DNA of 64,000 nucleotides from Raillietiella orientalis (lineage: Eukaryota). Positions 59,681-64,000 of the stretch are shown here, piece after piece; the first letter of the stretch is position 1; each line of letters begins with the position of its first letter. The notes beneath the pieces were generated by a model. The model searched no databases, was not told where the DNA came from, and saw only the letters and a list, made by a program, of their open reading frames with translations. The stretch lies in assembly GCA_036172245.1 (NCBI GenBank), contig JAYWIR010000040.1, positions 1,736,001 through 1,800,000 on the forward strand, read 5' to 3'. A program made the translations under genes and the position numbers.

Positions 59681-62441
59681 TGTCCAGGGTCCAGGGTATT
59701 CGTCCCCGGCACATTTTCCTGTAGACTTTGTGAGAAGAAACCCTCCAGTCGAAAGAGGCCATCGAAGAAGGGAGTAATAGGGACCGCGATCGTTGTCCAG
59801 ATGAAACAGCGACCTCTTCCTCCCTCTCCGTCCAGATACTGAAGAGCGAGAGGTTGTTTTGGCTCTCGAGGGAAGGAAGGAAGCGAGAAAGGAGGTTCTT
59901 GGAATGCTGTTCGGGGAACTCGAGCTGAAGACAGCAAGGGGATACCGATGGCCGATAAGATAAGGCCGGGAACTGCTGAAGAGTCGCCAGATAGGCTGAG
60001 ATAGGAGTGCACGCGGGAAGAGGGCTCAGAGGGTGGAGGGGCACGAGCGTTGGCAACCCGGCGGCTGGATGAACGCGCTGCAGCAACAGGAAAGGATGGT
60101 GATCCGCATCCACAGGCAAGTCTTCCTCCGCACAGCAGCCGCTCCCGCCTGTCACGCTGGAAGAGAGAAGACAGGAGATAGTGAGGGTTCCTTCTCTCGC
60201 CCTCATGGAAATCTCGCGATCTTGGGAAGGGAAGGGGAGGGGGGAGTTCAGCCGGATTCGCTCCCTGCAGAAGCAGGAAAAGCCACCTATCTGACATCCT
60301 CCTTTTCCCGGAACGAGTGTATTCCCGGTTCCCTTTCAGACAGGTTGCTGCTGTTCCCTTATTCCGGAAGGAACAGGCTGGAGGGACCGGACGATCACAA
60401 TTTTCGGACGTTTGCGCGGAAATTCCAGCGAGGAAGGAGCAAAGGCCCAGGAGAGTGAGAATGGACACCACGCGGTAGGCAATTGCTTCATAGAAGAGCA
60501 CCCAAAGAAGTGGAAGGACGTTCCTTGCAAAAAGCGTAGGAAAGGGGAAAGACAGGGCTGACGAATGTGATCTTTGGAAAAATGAGAATGATGGAAGAAT
60601 AAGAATCTTTCAACTGCACTTCCTCCTCCTCCCTCCCTCTTTTCCTCTTCCTGCTATGTATCTCCAACTCTGAACTTTCATCCGCGAACAGCATTCCTCG
60701 TGGGAATGAACAGACGGAGGTTTTTCGTTAGGGGCGCACAAGGTCGCACTTTGTGGAAGATGTGGGATGGAGGACAGCGTCCTCTGTCCGCGGACAGGAG
60801 GGGTGGGGGTATGCGTGTGGCTTCGCCTCAGGCGAGAGAAGATCAGCTAGGCGGGACAGTCTTCCCGCTCTGGGAGAACTTGCTCTATGGAAAACCTAAG
60901 AAATCCCGGCAAGCGTGCATCTCGTGGGAACCGCTTCCGCCACTTTCTCCACGAAGATGCCCTTGATAGGCCACCGCCGTGTCTCAGAGAAAAGGCTTCC
61001 GTGACTTCTAGAGAGGAGAGGAGATGGTAGCGCTGTGGAGCTGTCTGGAGTTTCATCCTGCTCGTCTAATTCTTCTATGCCATCACTCCAGGGACCACAA
61101 TCTTCCGCGGAGGTTCCTCGTGAGCACCCCCCTTCCCTACGTTTTCCTTACTCTCGGCCGCTAGGATGGCACCCTGTTTTTCTTTGTTCGTGGCGCGCTT
61201 GGCTATCGGGCGCCTCTTCTGCGCATTGGTTGCTCCCCTGACATCTCGCGGAACATTCTAAAACTGCATCTTCGGAGGATGTGATGCACTGTTCAGAAGC
61301 ATAACCACCCCTGATTTCCACCTGTTTCTATGAGTGGCAACACGAGAAAAAACAGAAAATCGGGTCGAAGGTTTCGGCAAATCGATCGAGAGCCTTGACT
61401 CTGGTAAGATGCTTGCTTAATAAAAAGAGGTAAATAAATAAAAAGGCACAACAACAACCTTTATTTCATGAATTTTGTTCCTGCTGCCTTCTCGAGGAGA
61501 TACCTACCGCGGAGCTGAAACCATGATTGCATCTTCACTCTGACCTACTCCAATGTCCGCATTTCCACGCACCCACTTCGCGGGCGCCTCAAAGTGTTCC
61601 ACATCCTTTGCCTCTCTGCGTAGAAGGCAAGTGGGAGGCAGAATAGGACGCCTTTCGGGCACCCTTTCGGAGGCGACGTTGAGGCTGGGCCCGCCCGGTA
61701 GCCGCTCGCAAAAGCCTCAAGTCGAAAACGGGCATCACCTGAAAGCAAGCCCTTGCCTCCTTTCGAAGCCAACCAGGAGAGGAACATCCGTTTTTCCGTT
61801 TGCCTGCACAGCATTTATTCGGATTGGCTGGCTGCCTTTACTCGTGGCCTCCGCAGCAACTTTCACAGGCGAATGACCGTTGCTACGCTCGGGCAATTTA
61901 AAAGACACAATGTGAGGCCACCGGCAATTTTCCAGACGCAGTGTCCTTCGGAAACAACGCGTTCTAATGGCAAAAAGAAGCGACGATCGGCGGAGTACAT
62001 GAGGTTCCCTCCAGACACACGGTGCTCCTCCGTCCCCACAGAACGGAACTCTTGGAAGGCCTGCGCGGACCAGTTGGAAGGAGAACCGTTGGTCTGCCTG
62101 CCTTTGAGGCATGTACAAGCCCGTGAGGACTTGGGTCACGTTTAAGGAAATGTGTATTGTGCAGAGCGCACGAGATTGGATGTGAGGCATGTATCTTAGC
62201 GTCCTTTGGCATTGGATGATGCCTTCAAACCGGGATGCTGGCGAAGAGCAAGAAAGGAAGTGCTCCTAGAGGTCGTTTTCACATGAAGCTATCGTACAAG
62301 CCGGATGCTGCTGCAGCGCGCAACCGCTGCACTCTGCATCACTGGATGCACTTGTGCATTTCTTGCATCTGGGTTATTACAATAACTATTGCTGGAATGG
62401 CTCTGGAGAACCTTCCACGAATAATGTTTCCTCCGTGTTCT

Positions 62442-62790
62442 TCACGGTTCCTCGGTGCTCTCTTCCGGGGTGAGAGCACGGTCCATATCATCTGGTTGGG
62501 CTGCATTTTTCCTTCTTACATGCGCTGCATAGATGCTACTTGAGAAGCAGGTGGCTACCATCCGCTGCCGTATCCTTATCAGCTTCTTCTTCGGAATTCC
62601 TAGGTATTGTAGAACGTTGTCGTTTTCAGGATCCCATGCTCCAAGTGGGACGATAAGGACCTCCTGCACTTTAGTTGTCTTCCCAGTGTTTCCGAGTTGC
62701 ATGGCGACATCCTGGTATCTGGCCTCCCTTCCGTTTTCAAATGGGCAGGAGACGTCCAGCACACCTATTCGGTCGCTTTTCTCTAACGCA
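62442..62790 (-). mobile_element. 5'-truncated RLE-type non-LTR retrotransposon (NeSL/Utopia-like, R2 group), endonuclease domain
   Basis: DRIGVLDVSCPFENGREA..RYQ..VLIVPLGAWDPENDNVLQYLGI..SIYAAHV matches the IDVxxPFEN / GxLGxWDPxND / IYxxH signature of NeSL/Utopia-type restriction-like endonucleases. Confidence 0.85.
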
Positions 62791-64000
62791 TCATTACTGA
62801 CTCAATTGAAATGTTTTGAAAAGCATCGTGGATCATTCCGCCGGGAAGAACACAATGATAATGAAAAGAGGGCATTGCAGGAAGCCGTTTCCTCCTCCAG
62901 AACGATGTCGAATTCTGAGCAGGGGAACAATGTGTACAGCAATGTTGCCACTGCCCTGACGACAAGCGAAAAGAAAGCAACCTCGTTGTTCGAGCGCGCC
63001 GAGAGCGAGTGATGCTGTCTGATACATCACGGTGTCCTGTGCTTTGCTCCGTGGAAATCGATTCAGGTCGATGCATGAGGGAAGATGCCGTTAGCAGCGA
63101 TGACTAAAGGATCGCATTCCTATCGTCCTGATTCAGTCTTCTTGGAAACGAAAATAGTTCACCGAAGCCCCCTGGCAAAAAAAAAAAAAAAAAAGTCTTC
63201 TCACATTGGGAGGATCAACTGAAAGTGGTGTTTTCACTTTAATTGTGGGAACAGCACGGCTCCATTCCAGAAGAGAAACTGATAAGGAGATGCTTCCTTC
63301 CTCCCATCGGTCGTATTTCAAAATCTGCCTCATTACATTGTTTTTTTTTTAAAAAAAAAAAAAGAAAAAAACGAAACAGGAGCGCAGCAAGAAGAAAGTC
63401 GGTGCACCTTCGGTCAGGAACCAGCTTCTTCACGCGTATCTAACTCAGTGGAATCTGGTGATGGTAAGCTTGTGCGCCTCGTGATGGTTTCCTTTCCGGA
63501 GATAAAGGGAAACCCTCCAGATCCAGCCCGATCCGTACCTAGCTGAAAATGGGTTCCTCCGCCCTTGCACGTTCCACGTCGCGCAATGTAAATCTCGTCA
63601 ACAGCGCGCACACTGCACACACCCTGGAAGGATCGAATCACACGTAGTATTGCCGGTCGACTGTTCCCGCTGCAGCAGGCAAGGCGTTCCAGTTTCCAGT
63701 GGGTCCCGTCCGTACGCTCAACCCATCGATTCAACACTGCTGCGTCACAAAATAGGGGAGGGAGGGGGAGGAGGAAAAGTCCTTCGGGATTTAAGGACAG
63801 ACCACGCCGCATCGGACTCACGAAACATGTCTGTCGGAAGAGAGAGAGAGAGAGGACCGTTCCGCGAAGTCGGTGCTTCAGTGGCTCATTATGTGATTTG
63901 GTTTGCGTAAGTATTGAACAAACAAATGGACAGCCGCCCTTCCGCTTGAACGAGGAAAACGCATTTTCAAACAGCGCTTTCACGGGCCGGTTGTTGTTGT

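Noticed and set aside
63275..63300. Short U2 snRNA-like match (also atcgcttctc near 49747)
   Set aside because: Too short, gapped and not at the retrotransposon junction; consistent with chance.

Overview
Eukaryotic, most likely arthropod, GC-rich genomic DNA; there is no prokaryotic gene structure and almost all ORFs in the supplied track are spurious. The one well-supported gene is a + strand Dpr-family (dpr6/dpr10-like, two-Ig-domain) neuronal cell-surface recognition gene. Its five coding exons (11718-11893, 29046-29256, 32576-32703, 33025-33193, 44493-44623) splice in frame through GT-AG introns of about 17.2, 3.3, 0.3 and 11.3 kb into about 271 aa; the ATG-bearing exon is unresolved. 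Introns and flanks are largely decayed L1/Tx1-type LINE relics on both strands, plus one 5'-truncated RLE-type (NeSL/Utopia-like) retrotransposon fragment near 62.4-62.8 kb. The most unusual signals are structural: copy-specific hairpins and a foldback in repeat-rich DNA (16094-16651, 33294-33377, 52288-52326), and a 395-bp perfectly identical core shared by two otherwise diverged repeats in one intron. I see no convincing novel multi-gene system. All family assignments rest on remembered motifs, not database searches.
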